Positions 49,714 through 58,934 of a stretch of DNA of 64,000 nt are shown piece after piece. The position numbers and the translations under genes are program-made. Each line of letters starts with the position of its first letter. The stretch's first letter is position 1. Under the pieces are notes generated by a model that saw only the letters and a program-made list of their open reading frames with translations, did no database searches and was not told the DNA's origin. The DNA comes from Leptospiraceae bacterium (GTDB lineage Bacteria; Spirochaetota; Leptospiria; Leptospirales; Leptonemataceae): positions 256,001-320,000 of the forward strand of contig JAVJNR010000004.1 in assembly GCA_040217195.1 (NCBI GenBank). The letters run 5' to 3'.

Positions 49714-50724
49714 TCAATGCACATCTTCCAATCGAACCATTTCACCTGCATGTACCGGCCTAAGCAGCTTGCGGCCCGGCAAATTCTGAAGTTCCTGAGC
49801 CGCGATACCTCCTCCGGGCCTCATGGCCCTGATATCAGCTTCAGATAGCACATGATCAATTCCCAGATTCCTGACGTAATAGAGAGAACGTCGTCCGCCA
49901 TTTCGCACGCCAAGTTCCGAAGGCATGCATTGTTTGACTCCATCTCCCATGGCCTTTTGTAGCCTATCCAGTGACCTTCGCAGAGTGGCAAATTCTTCTG
50001 GCGTAGAACTGAGGGAATGGTCCGGGCCTTCCATGTTTCGATCCAGGGTAAAATGCCTTTCAATGGCCACTCCCCCCAGGGCCGGCATCTGCATACTCAG
50101 GAGGTTATCTGTGCAATGGTCGCTAATACCTGTGAAGCACTTATACTTTTTCTGCCAGTGTGAAAGAACATTCAAATTGTAGTCAGATTCGCTGGCCGGA
50201 TAAGAAGAAACGCATTGAAATAATAGAGCCGGTTTACCGGTCCATTGAATGGTCTGTTCCACCTCGGATTCCTCGGATGCTCCGGTGGATAAATAGATGG
50301 GAAGCCTTCTGCGAATTACAGAATCCAACAATGGCTTACAGGTAAGGTCTGTGGATGCAATTTTAACAGGATATTTGCCCAGGCTTTCGTATAAATCCAG
50401 GGATGGCTCATCGAATACTGAACACAAAAAATCAATTCCGTTGGATTTGCATGCAGATACAATACGTTTCCATGATTCGCCTGGCAGCTCAAACTGTCTA
50501 AAGAAACTCTGCAGCGAGCCAGGCTCAGAATCTCCCAGCCTGGCTGCCCCATTAATAAAATGAGTAGAGTCAAATAGCTGAAATTTAGCACAACTGGCAC
50601 CGGAGGCAGCAGCGGACTTAACCATCTTTAGAGCAAGGTCTTCGCTTCCATTATGATTCAGTCCGATCTCTGCAATCAAATACACCGGATGTTCCGGCCC
50701 AATAGAATGAAACTCAGTTTGCAT
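49714..50724 (-). CDS. NeuB family nonulosonic acid synthase with SAF domain
   Basis: AEIGLNHNG, KFQ, KIAS, SDH, IERHFTLD, RPGGGI. Confidence 0.92.
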   Translation of the reverse strand: MQTEFHSIGPEHPVYLIAEIGLNHNGSEDLALKMVKSAAASGASCAKFQLFDSTHFINGAARLGDSEPGSLQSFFRQFELPGESWKRIVSACKSNGIDFLCSVFDEPSLDLYESLGKYPVKIASTDLTCKPLLDSVIRRRLPIYLSTGASEESEVEQTIQWTGKPALLFQCVSSYPASESDYNLNVLSHWQKKYKCFTGISDHCTDNLLSMQMPALGGVAIERHFTLDRNMEGPDHSLSSTPEEFATLRRSLDRLQKAMGDGVKQCMPSELGVRNGGRRSLYYVRNLGIDHVLSEADIRAMRPGGGIAAQELQNLPGRKLLRPVHAGEMVRLEDVH

Positions 50725-50868
50725 AATTATTCTTCGGAAGAAAGACCTCTTCTCTTTGCTGTTTCCACCAGGATTGGTCTTCTGCCAGAGATCGAACTAT
50801 GAACGGACGGAGCCAAAAACAGGGCCGATTTCCGAATGTTGCCCCTCGATTCAATGCAAAGATCAATT

Positions 50869-51468
50869 TCAAGGATAGAGAAAATTTGCGATCATCTGCA
50901 TACCGGCTTCGGTAGCAAAGGACTCAGGATGAAATTGAATTCCTTCCATGGGATACGTCACGTGGCGAATTCCCATTAGCTCGGACTCCGCTTCCTGAGT
51001 TCTGGAAGTTACTATGAAGCAATCCGGAAGACTTTCCTGCTCTACAATGAGCGAATGGTATCGCATCACAGATAATTCCTGTGGCAGATTGCGAAATACT
51101 CCCAGTCCGTCTGTGGAGACCAGGGAGGTCTTACCATGCATGGGTAATCTGGCCCTCTTCACTACTCCGCCGTACGCATAGGCCATTCCCTGCATACCCA
51201 GACAAACTCCCAGAACAGGTGTTTTCTGGGCTGGCCCTTTTAGAATATCCAGACAGACTCCAAAGTAAGCAGGATCCGCCGGATCGCCGGGGCCAGGTGA
51301 TAGGATAATCCGATCATAGGCGCCGGATTCTACACCCTTTAGATCTATCTCATCGTTACGAAATACATCCAGCTTGAATTGTCCACTTCGATCTTCCAGC
51401 AGTTCGCCTGCGAACTGATACAAATTATAGGTGAAGCTGTCGTAATTGTCCACAATCAGAACATTCAT
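50869..51468 (-). CDS. trpG: anthranilate synthase component II
   Basis: DNYDSFTYN, SPGPG, GVCLG, RYHSL, QFHPES. Confidence 0.88.
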   Translation of the reverse strand: MNVLIVDNYDSFTYNLYQFAGELLEDRSGQFKLDVFRNDEIDLKGVESGAYDRIILSPGPGDPADPAYFGVCLDILKGPAQKTPVLGVCLGMQGMAYAYGGVVKRARLPMHGKTSLVSTDGLGVFRNLPQELSVMRYHSLIVEQESLPDCFIVTSRTQEAESELMGIRHVTYPMEGIQFHPESFATEAGMQMIANFLYP

Positions 51469-52964
51469 TCGCTGGCTCCTCCGGTATTGGTGGCGTCATT
51501 GTTCCCTGGATTTCTGGCTTCCCCTGGATTTTCCTCGAATCTCTCCAGGGTTCGTACAATTGCGGCCAGCTTGTTTTCTATCTCCTTGAACTCATAGTCT
51601 GCATCGGAATCGAATACAATTCCGCCGGATGCCCGGGCGAATGCCTGGTTACCGTTTACAAATAGGGTGCGAATTGGAATTGCAAATGTACAATCTCCGT
51701 TCCAGCCAAAATGCCCCACAGCACCACCATACGGTCCTCGAGGGGATTTTTCTATGCGCTCAATGATTTTCATGCTTTCTACCTTGGGCGCACCGGAGAG
51801 AGTACCGGCCGGGAATGCAGCCCTCAGACCATCGAACATATTCTTATCTTTTCGAATGATTCCCACTACTTCGCTGGATATATGCTGTACATGGGAGAAC
51901 TTGCGAATGTCCATGAGCCTTCGTACTTTAACTGTTCCAAATCTTGCAACTCTTCCCAGATCGTTTCTATGTAGATCCACCAGCATATTGTGTTCTGCTA
52001 TTTCTTTTGGATCGTTTAGCAATGATCTGGCATTGTTAAGATCTTCGCCTTTATCCTGAGATCTGCGAGTGGTGCCGGCCAGAGGATAGGTTTCCATTTC
52101 TCCCTGACGTAGACGAAAGACCAGTTCAGGACTGGCACCAATGACCTGTTTCTGGCCGAACTTCACGAAATACATATAGGGCGAAGGATTCACCTCACGC
52201 AGGGCCTCATAGAAGGCCATGGTAGATCCCTCAAGCTCATAGTTTACCTGAAAACCAATCTGGCATTGAAATGTATTGCCGGCGCGAATCTCTTCCAGAG
52301 TTTGTTCCACCATAGCATGATGCTGATTCGCGCTGCGGGTCTTCTCAAGAAGTGTTGCTTTGAGGCTTCGGGCTTCTGGTGGCTTTTCCTGCATCCATTT
52401 TTGAACCAACTGGGAGCGGTCCCGGTCATAATGGAAATAGAACACTTCTCCGGTCATCTTATCATAGACCAGGCCATCGGTATAGATACCAAAAACAAAA
52501 GGATCGAAATCAGGGTGGAACCTCAGCCCCAGCCCGGGCTCAAAGAAGTTTGTGGCATCGTAGCCCAGATAGCCCACCAGTCCTCCACAGTAATTACGCG
52601 AAATACTGTTATCTGGCATCCACTGAGCCAGTAGTTCGTAAGGATTGGCAGACTCATGAAAATCCGATTCCAGTACTCTGTAGGCGCTATCCGGACTGGT
52701 TTCCATTTTTTCGTAATGAAGACCATGGGACTGAGCTCTAAGAATCACCTCGGGCAGAAATCCAATTACAGAATAACGACTGTCGGAAGATCCCTCCTCC
52801 AATGATTCCAGAAAAAAACATGTATGACTGTGGCTTTCAATAATGCGAAAGAGCCCAAAAAAATCGAGAGTATGATGGATTCTGGTATAGTTGGGCTTCA
52901 GGGGTAAATCCCATCGAGGCAAACCGCCTGCGGCGGATCTTTGCTTTCGATTTGTCTGGCTCAT
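51465..52964 (-). CDS. trpE: anthranilate synthase component I
   Basis: FLES, NPSPYMY, SPE, EHNMLVDL, PAGTLSGAPK. PabB not fully excluded. Confidence 0.85.
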   Translation of the reverse strand: MSQTNRKQRSAAGGLPRWDLPLKPNYTRIHHTLDFFGLFRIIESHSHTCFFLESLEEGSSDSRYSVIGFLPEVILRAQSHGLHYEKMETSPDSAYRVLESDFHESANPYELLAQWMPDNSISRNYCGGLVGYLGYDATNFFEPGLGLRFHPDFDPFVFGIYTDGLVYDKMTGEVFYFHYDRDRSQLVQKWMQEKPPEARSLKATLLEKTRSANQHHAMVEQTLEEIRAGNTFQCQIGFQVNYELEGSTMAFYEALREVNPSPYMYFVKFGQKQVIGASPELVFRLRQGEMETYPLAGTTRRSQDKGEDLNNARSLLNDPKEIAEHNMLVDLHRNDLGRVARFGTVKVRRLMDIRKFSHVQHISSEVVGIIRKDKNMFDGLRAAFPAGTLSGAPKVESMKIIERIEKSPRGPYGGAVGHFGWNGDCTFAIPIRTLFVNGNQAFARASGGIVFDSDADYEFKEIENKLAAIVRTLERFEENPGEARNPGNNDATNTGGASE

Positions 52965-54232
52965 GAGTTTTCTTTTCCGTACCGCTCAGGCCGTAGCTGC
53001 TCCAGTTTTTGGCGAATCCGCTCTTCCTGGCCCACCGGATCTGGCCTGTAGTATGCTTGCTCATCCCAGTCTTCGGGGAAGTAGCTTTGCTCCACGTAAT
53101 GGCCGGGAAAATCGTGAGGATACTGATAGCGTTTCTTACTACCTGGCTGAGTTCGATTTTTCAAATGAGCCGGCACTGTAACCCTTTTTTTTGAGACCTC
53201 CTCCATGGCTCGATTAATGGCCAGATAGGAGGCATTGCTTTTCGGACTTGCGGCCAGAAAAGTCACAGCCTGAGCCAGAAGGATGCGAGCCTCCGGCATT
53301 CCAATCTTGCTCACTCCATCCAGAACTGACATGGCCAGCGAAAGAGCGGTGGGACTGGCATTTCCAATGTCTTCTGCGGCAAGAATGACCAGTCTTCGAG
53401 CAATGTACACCGGATCTTCACCGGACTGAAGCATACTTGCCAGATAAAGCATGGCAGCATCCGGGTCAGAGCCTCGAATGCTTTTTATTAATGCAGATGT
53501 GCTATCGAAGTGCTCATTCACCCCATAGGAAAAACTCAATTCCGGTAAATCGCCATCAAAGCGAATTTCTGCACGATCTGCAAAAACTGCATCGCTGGCC
53601 AGATTTTCCACTATACGAATCAATCGTCTGGCATCCCCGTCGGCCGCTTCCAGAATTTTTTCCAGGCTGCTATCCTCGAATTCCAGGGAATGCTCGGAGT
53701 AACCCATTTCCAGAACTCGCCTGGCGATTACTTCTAAATCTTCTTTTCGCAGCTTCTCCAGATAATAGACAGTACAGCGAGAAAGTAAGGGCCCAATTAC
53801 TTCAAATCTTGGATTTTCGGTGGTAGCACCAATGAGCAGGATTCGACCTGTTTCTGCACTTTCCAGCAGCGAATCCTGCTGAGCCCGATTAAATCTATGG
53901 ATCTCATCCAGAAAAAGCAGAGCTCCTTCCGGATGACTGCGAGAAGCCTCCAGAACCTGACGCACCTCTTTTACACCACAGCTGACAGCGCTTAGAAAGA
54001 AGGAAGGCCTTTTCCAGTGCGAAGCCAGGATGGTGCCGATAGTAGTTTTTCCGGTTCCTGGAGGCCCTGAAAGTAAAAGTGAATGTGGAGGTAGTCTCTT
54101 TAGCCTGGAAAGCAAAGATTCATGACCCACCAGGTCATCCCAGTGAGAAGGACGTAGCCTCTGTGCCAGCGGACCGTCCGCTGGCATTTGAAATAGATCA
54201 CCTTCTCCGAACGGAGTATCAGGTGCGGGCAT
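52961..54232 (-). CDS. rarA: replication-associated recombination protein A (MgsA)
   Basis: PLAQRLRP, GPPGTGKT, DEIHRF, ATTENP, KSIRGSD, YPH. Confidence 0.93.
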   Translation of the reverse strand: MPAPDTPFGEGDLFQMPADGPLAQRLRPSHWDDLVGHESLLSRLKRLPPHSLLLSGPPGTGKTTIGTILASHWKRPSFFLSAVSCGVKEVRQVLEASRSHPEGALLFLDEIHRFNRAQQDSLLESAETGRILLIGATTENPRFEVIGPLLSRCTVYYLEKLRKEDLEVIARRVLEMGYSEHSLEFEDSSLEKILEAADGDARRLIRIVENLASDAVFADRAEIRFDGDLPELSFSYGVNEHFDSTSALIKSIRGSDPDAAMLYLASMLQSGEDPVYIARRLVILAAEDIGNASPTALSLAMSVLDGVSKIGMPEARILLAQAVTFLAASPKSNASYLAINRAMEEVSKKRVTVPAHLKNRTQPGSKKRYQYPHDFPGHYVEQSYFPEDWDEQAYYRPDPVGQEERIRQKLEQLRPERYGKENS

Positions 54233-55622
54233 TTCGATTGGCTACGCTTTCGCGCACATCTTCTTGCACTCGATCCAGAACACGCACTACATCGGCTATC
54301 AACGCTTCCTGCGTGGCCGGGTCAGCCATATCTTCCATGATGTTACTCACAGATTCCTGCAGAATGCGACTCAGTCGTTCAGTTCCTTCAGGACCGGACA
54401 GAGCAGCCTCCAATCCATCATTTACTGTGGCATGCACAGACATTAGAATTAGTCTTACCACAGGACCAATGGGCGAAAGCAAATAAGGCTCCATTGCACG
54501 GTTGATGGAGTAGGATACCATCTCCGAAATCTTTGGCTGTAGCTCTGGCATCACTTTCTTGGCAACACTGGCCATTTGATTGCTGAGCAAATTCTCCACC
54601 GCATCTCTGGTCTCGCCTTCCATATGGATTCCAGTGCGCTTCAGGGATGCCTTTGTCTGATCCAGGATATTCAGAACTACCAGACCGCTAATTTCTTCTG
54701 CGATAATGGAAGCGTTGCTTTTGATAATATCCGGAGCCAGACCATCATCCGGTAGCCATCCATTCTGTCGTATTCGCATATAAAATGGAATAACGCGCAA
54801 TAGTCTAAACCAGGCCGCATGATGAGGCGGAAAAAGATTAAATACTTCGTAGGACTGACGTACCGGGAAAAGATACCATTTTCGATATCTCCTCTGTACT
54901 ATAGCCATAATCCAGCGAGCCAGAAAATCAATTAAGAAGAACAAAACAAACCAGCGGTCGATGAGATGAAAGTAATCTTTCTTCTCTCCATCTTCGCCAA
55001 TCCAACGAAAGTAGTTTTGATTCATAAGATACATGACTTCAGAATCAAAAAACTTGAACTTTTCCTGGTAGTTATCCGGGGTCAGATTATCCTGGCTGAA
55101 GAACTCCCGGAAGGCATCTTTTGCTGAATCGTCTTCGTTGGGGTACTGTTCGCGCATGAGATTCTTCATCCGCTCCAGCACTCCATCCTTTTCAGCCAGA
55201 TAGAAGTGGCTATCCACTCCTCGACGGTTGATCATATCCACCGTCATCTCAACCAGTTCCTGTCTACTCTGCAGCGATACCTGTCTGGCCTGTAGATTGG
55301 CCGGGTTTTCTGCGAGCTGACCCAGGGCTTCTTTGAGATTCTTGATTTCTTCCTTGTATGAATCTACGAACCGGTGGGATTCAATTCCCTTCACCGGATC
55401 ATAATGTTTCACAAGTGCCGGGACATAGTCCAGGTACACATCCCGAAAGGTCATTCGGGCATAGGGAATTTTCCAGAGATAGGATGCGTCAAAAACAACC
55501 AGGCAAATGTTGGCAAAAGCCACCACTGCAAAAAGAATTTCGTAGATTATTACTACTAACTTCTTCTTTTTTCCGGTAGATTGGTTCTGATCCCAGAGCT
55601 GCTCCAGAGCCCTCTTTTCCAT
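54219..55622 (-). CDS. membrane protein with voltage-sensor-like (ion-transport S1-S4) segments and no pore
   Basis: TM1 ending ANICLVVFD; later FVLFFLIDFLARW, YEVFNLFP and FRLLRVIP. Start moved from 55760 to 55622. Confidence 0.7.
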   Translation of the reverse strand: MEKRALEQLWDQNQSTGKKKKLVVIIYEILFAVVAFANICLVVFDASYLWKIPYARMTFRDVYLDYVPALVKHYDPVKGIESHRFVDSYKEEIKNLKEALGQLAENPANLQARQVSLQSRQELVEMTVDMINRRGVDSHFYLAEKDGVLERMKNLMREQYPNEDDSAKDAFREFFSQDNLTPDNYQEKFKFFDSEVMYLMNQNYFRWIGEDGEKKDYFHLIDRWFVLFFLIDFLARWIMAIVQRRYRKWYLFPVRQSYEVFNLFPPHHAAWFRLLRVIPFYMRIRQNGWLPDDGLAPDIIKSNASIIAEEISGLVVLNILDQTKASLKRTGIHMEGETRDAVENLLSNQMASVAKKVMPELQPKISEMVSYSINRAMEPYLLSPIGPVVRLILMSVHATVNDGLEAALSGPEGTERLSRILQESVSNIMEDMADPATQEALIADVVRVLDRVQEDVRESVANRNART

Positions 55623-55630
55623 GGGAGGAG

Positions 55631-55660
55631 AGTTTACAGTAGCGCGCCCTGCGGTAAAGT
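55631..55660. promoter_or_regulatory. overlapping bidirectional promoter
   Basis: Plus strand TTTACA-N16-TAAAGT-N8-ATG; minus strand TTTACC-N16-TAAACT-N8-ATG. Confidence 0.65.
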
Positions 55661-55668
55661 GGAAACCG

Positions 55669-56313
55669 ATGGCCGCTATCAAAAAAGAAGAGACCCTCCA
55701 GAGGGCATCCGGTGGCCTATTTGTTGTCCTGGAAGGCATTGATGGATCGGGAAAAACCACCGCCTGGCAGTTCCTGAAGGACCATTACTCCTCGGATCCC
55801 TCGGTTTTGTTCTTGCGAGAGCCTACCAATCTGCCTACCGGGCGAAAGCTAAGGGCCTGTTTACAGGGAAAGGAGCCCCCTCCTGATACAGACGAAGGCT
55901 GGATGGATCTATTTCTTGCAGATAGACAGGCAAATGTCACGGAGAATATCATCCCGGCGCTGGCAGAAGGGCAATTAATCGTTCAGGATCGCTATACCTT
56001 CAGTACGGCGGCCTACCAATCTGCCAGTCCTGATTCAGCCCGGCAGGTACTGGCCAAACAGAAGCACTTTCCTGCACCGGATGTAATTATCTATCTGGAC
56101 CTGAAGCCCGAGCAAGCTCTGACCAGGATAGACCGGCGGTCCGGAATCGAGGGACGGGAACATTTCGAATCCAGGGAGCGACTGGAAAGAATCTATGCAA
56201 ACTACCAGAGCATTCTGCCGGACAACTGTCTAAGAGTGAATGCTTCGAACTCACAGGAAGAAGTGAGAAACCAGGTACTTGCCATCATCGAATCGGCCAG
56301 GCGAAACCAATAA
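55669..56313 (+). CDS. tmk: thymidylate kinase
   Basis: EGIDGSGKTT, REP, LFLADR, DRY..S..AYQ. Confidence 0.95.
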   Translation: MAAIKKEETLQRASGGLFVVLEGIDGSGKTTAWQFLKDHYSSDPSVLFLREPTNLPTGRKLRACLQGKEPPPDTDEGWMDLFLADRQANVTENIIPALAEGQLIVQDRYTFSTAAYQSASPDSARQVLAKQKHFPAPDVIIYLDLKPEQALTRIDRRSGIEGREHFESRERLERIYANYQSILPDNCLRVNASNSQEEVRNQVLAIIESARRNQ

Positions 56314-56340
56314 AATTCAGCCCCATAAGGAGAATACTCA

Positions 56341-56952
56341 ATGAAGATCTATACAAAGACTGGAGATGAAGGACAGACCGGACTGGCCAATGGAACCCGG
56401 GTATTCAAAGATCATCTGAGAGTAGAGTTATACGGAACCTCCGATGAATTGAATTCAGTGATTGGCCTGGGGCTTTCCTTCCTGGCAAAAGAGCAATTAT
56501 CCGGCCAGGGAGTAAGAGCAGACTTTCAATGGGTAGAAGAGCAAATTCATTCTATTCAGAGTCTTCTTTTTGAACTTGGTGCAGAGCTTGCCGGCTTTCC
56601 CACTGAAGAAGGTTCCATAGTGCAGAACGATGTGGATCAAATTGAGGGCTGGATCGATGAAATGAATGCCGGACTACCCGAGATGAAGCAGTTCATTCTT
56701 CCGGGCGGAGAGAAGTCCTCGGCTCAGTTTCATATAAGTCGCACGGTTTGCAGGCGCCTGGAACGACTACTGGTAGCAGCCAATCGATCGGAGGAAGTCG
56801 AGTCCATCCTTGGTTCCGTGGGGATGATCTGGGTAAACCGACTATCGGACTATTTATTCGTTCTGGCTCGTCACTGTCAGAAGCTAAATGGAGGCGAAGA
56901 TATTCCCTGGAAAAGCAGAATGCAAAGGCCTTCCCGAAGCCGCAAAAATTAA
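56341..56952 (+). CDS. pduO: PduO-type cob(I)alamin adenosyltransferase
   Basis: KIYTKTGDEG, GTSDELNS, FILPGG, RTVCRRLER, NRLSDYLF. Confidence 0.93.
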   Translation: MKIYTKTGDEGQTGLANGTRVFKDHLRVELYGTSDELNSVIGLGLSFLAKEQLSGQGVRADFQWVEEQIHSIQSLLFELGAELAGFPTEEGSIVQNDVDQIEGWIDEMNAGLPEMKQFILPGGEKSSAQFHISRTVCRRLERLLVAANRSEEVESILGSVGMIWVNRLSDYLFVLARHCQKLNGGEDIPWKSRMQRPSRSRKN

Positions 56953-57033
56953 TCCCTGAATGATTATTCGGATTGCCGGTGCCTGCCAGATAAGTAGATA
57001 CCCTGGTCTCTGTGAACACAGCGCATCCAGGAA

Positions 57034-57624
57034 TTAGTTTTCGCTGGATAGGTTTCTAATCTGATCCCTGAGCCTGGCTGCCTCTTCAAAATTTTCCGCT
57101 TCCACAGCACGTTGAAGCATTGCCTTGAGTCGATCCAGTTCTGATACAGGTTCCGCTTCTGTTTCTTCTTCCACCAGAGATTCCTCTGGTGTTTCTGTCT
57201 TGCCTTCTTCACCTATGGTGACTGCAGCTTCTTTATAGACCTTTTCATTCATGTAAATGGGGCACCGGGAGCGAATGGCCAGGGCCACGGAATCGGAAGG
57301 GCGAGCATCCAGTTCAACAATTCCATCCTCGGATTGAATCACAATCCGGGCATAGAATACGTTACCTATGATATCGTTTATGACCACATGCAGAATTCTG
57401 GCTTCTAGCTCACGTACCATCTGAATCATCAAATCATGGCTATTGGGTCTGGGCGGCGTAACTCCATCCAGGGCGCTGGAGATTGAATAGGTTTCCAGTG
57501 GACCAATAAAAATCGGCACGACTCGGGCGGACTCATCGGATGTGGGTTTCAAAAAAATTGCGAATCCTACATTCGTAATGGATACGTCAGAAATGGTTAC
57601 CTCAAATGCATTCTCGGGCAGCAT
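57034..57624 (-). CDS. bifunctional nuclease (DUF151) with C-terminal UVR domain
   Basis: PIFIG, RPNSHDL, DARPSD, ENFEEAARLRD. Confidence 0.92.
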   Translation of the reverse strand: MLPENAFEVTISDVSITNVGFAIFLKPTSDESARVVPIFIGPLETYSISSALDGVTPPRPNSHDLMIQMVRELEARILHVVINDIIGNVFYARIVIQSEDGIVELDARPSDSVALAIRSRCPIYMNEKVYKEAAVTIGEEGKTETPEESLVEEETEAEPVSELDRLKAMLQRAVEAENFEEAARLRDQIRNLSSEN

Positions 57625-57625
57625 A

Positions 57626-58210
57626 TTATCTCCAGTTAACGAGGATGCGGCGGGTTACCTCTCGCCGCAAATGTTTTTTAGAGCTTTCTACAGAGAGGGT
57701 CAATTCCACCGGGAAATATGAGCTTTCCGGCTTATTGTTCAGAATTCCCTCTTCTTTTTGAAGCTCACCTAGAAGGGTACCCAGGTAATCAAAACACCAG
57801 AGCCCGTTTTCCTCCAGTCTCTTACCTTCCAGATGTCCATTAATCCCCTTTCCGGTTTCCGGATGCTCGATTCTAAATTCACATGAGAGGTCCTTTCTAA
57901 GTTCCGTCCGCTCATCCAGAGTGGCGTCCCGGCTCCAGCGAACCAGAAAGCCCACGGTGATTGGCTTCTCAAAATAAATGTAATGATTCCATTGTTTCCA
58001 GGTGGATGGTCCCTGGGCCGGGGGCATCTCAAATTGAATTTGCAGCTCCTGGGTATCTTCCAGCCCATTAAAGGCGCCGGATAAACATACATCGTCTATT
58101 GCATCATAGTCAGGACAGAATTCCTGGGAGCCCACTTCAAGGTCGCCACCACATTGAATGGTGAAAAGAAAGGCAATTGCAGAAAGTGTGCGAAATGATA
58201 TCCAGTTCAT
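57626..58210 (-). CDS. hypothetical lipoprotein
   Basis: TIQC lipobox; ends 1 nt before the DUF151 gene. Confidence 0.7.
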   Translation of the reverse strand: MNWISFRTLSAIAFLFTIQCGGDLEVGSQEFCPDYDAIDDVCLSGAFNGLEDTQELQIQFEMPPAQGPSTWKQWNHYIYFEKPITVGFLVRWSRDATLDERTELRKDLSCEFRIEHPETGKGINGHLEGKRLEENGLWCFDYLGTLLGELQKEEGILNNKPESSYFPVELTLSVESSKKHLRREVTRRILVNWR

Positions 58211-58320
58211 AGGTTTAACATTTTCTTTCTGATGATTACCATTTACGGCACTTATTCCATTTCAGGTCCGGACATACAAAATATTCTTCCGGAGAGGAAT
58301 CCAATCTTGCCCTCGCAGTT

Positions 58321-58854
58321 TCAGGAACTAACATAGATAAGTCGCATATCATTGAACAGAGCCAGCACTTCTGCATTTCGATAGAATTCCGGGCTATGCA
58401 AAAAAGGTCTAAAAGAGTATCGTTCGAAGTAAAGTAAAGGCTCTGCGTAGACTCCGCCGTATAGGTACACTCGATGGATATCGTCTTCCAGACAGGTTCG
58501 CACGGCAGTAAATTCAGTGATATAGCCAGGATCCAGCTCCACCCTGGGCAGTCCATATTCCTGGTATTTGTATTCCAGAGCCAGACAACGTTTACGAATA
58601 TCTACCATCTCTTCGCGACCGATGGGCCGGGCCATGGAAAAGATATGCATATTCTGGCGATCCGGAAATGAATAAAGGGAAGGAACTGTATCCAGGGCAT
58701 CGGTGCGGGCTTCAAAGTCAATTGTGCCGAACTCCGCCGTCAAACGCTTGCGCATTTCATCCAGGGCCCCTTCTTCATCGTAACCGCAGGCAAGGTACAT
58801 CCTGGCACTGTCCGGCTCCACAAATTCAGGTTTCCATTTTCCGCTACCGACCAT
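58321..58854 (-). CDS. DUF4416-like protein
   Basis: RVELDPGYI and HRVYLYGGVYAE. Start moved to 58854; TTGGCC-N16-TACAAT upstream. Confidence 0.75.
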   Translation of the reverse strand: MVGSGKWKPEFVEPDSARMYLACGYDEEGALDEMRKRLTAEFGTIDFEARTDALDTVPSLYSFPDRQNMHIFSMARPIGREEMVDIRKRCLALEYKYQEYGLPRVELDPGYITEFTAVRTCLEDDIHRVYLYGGVYAEPLLYFERYSFRPFLHSPEFYRNAEVLALFNDMRLIYVSS

Positions 58855-58934
58855 TGGCCTGTCGATTGTACCAGGGCAGTAAGCCAGGCCAAATAGAATT
58901 TGACCGCAAAAGGGAAAAATGAATGCTACAGAAC

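Noticed and set aside
55480..55530. ICLVVFDA resembles Hv1 S1 ICLVVLDA (selectivity Asp)
   Set aside because: This Asp is at the outer end of the helix, the mid-helix position is Asn, and S4 lacks RxWRxxR. It is probably a register coincidence, so I did not call it a proton channel.
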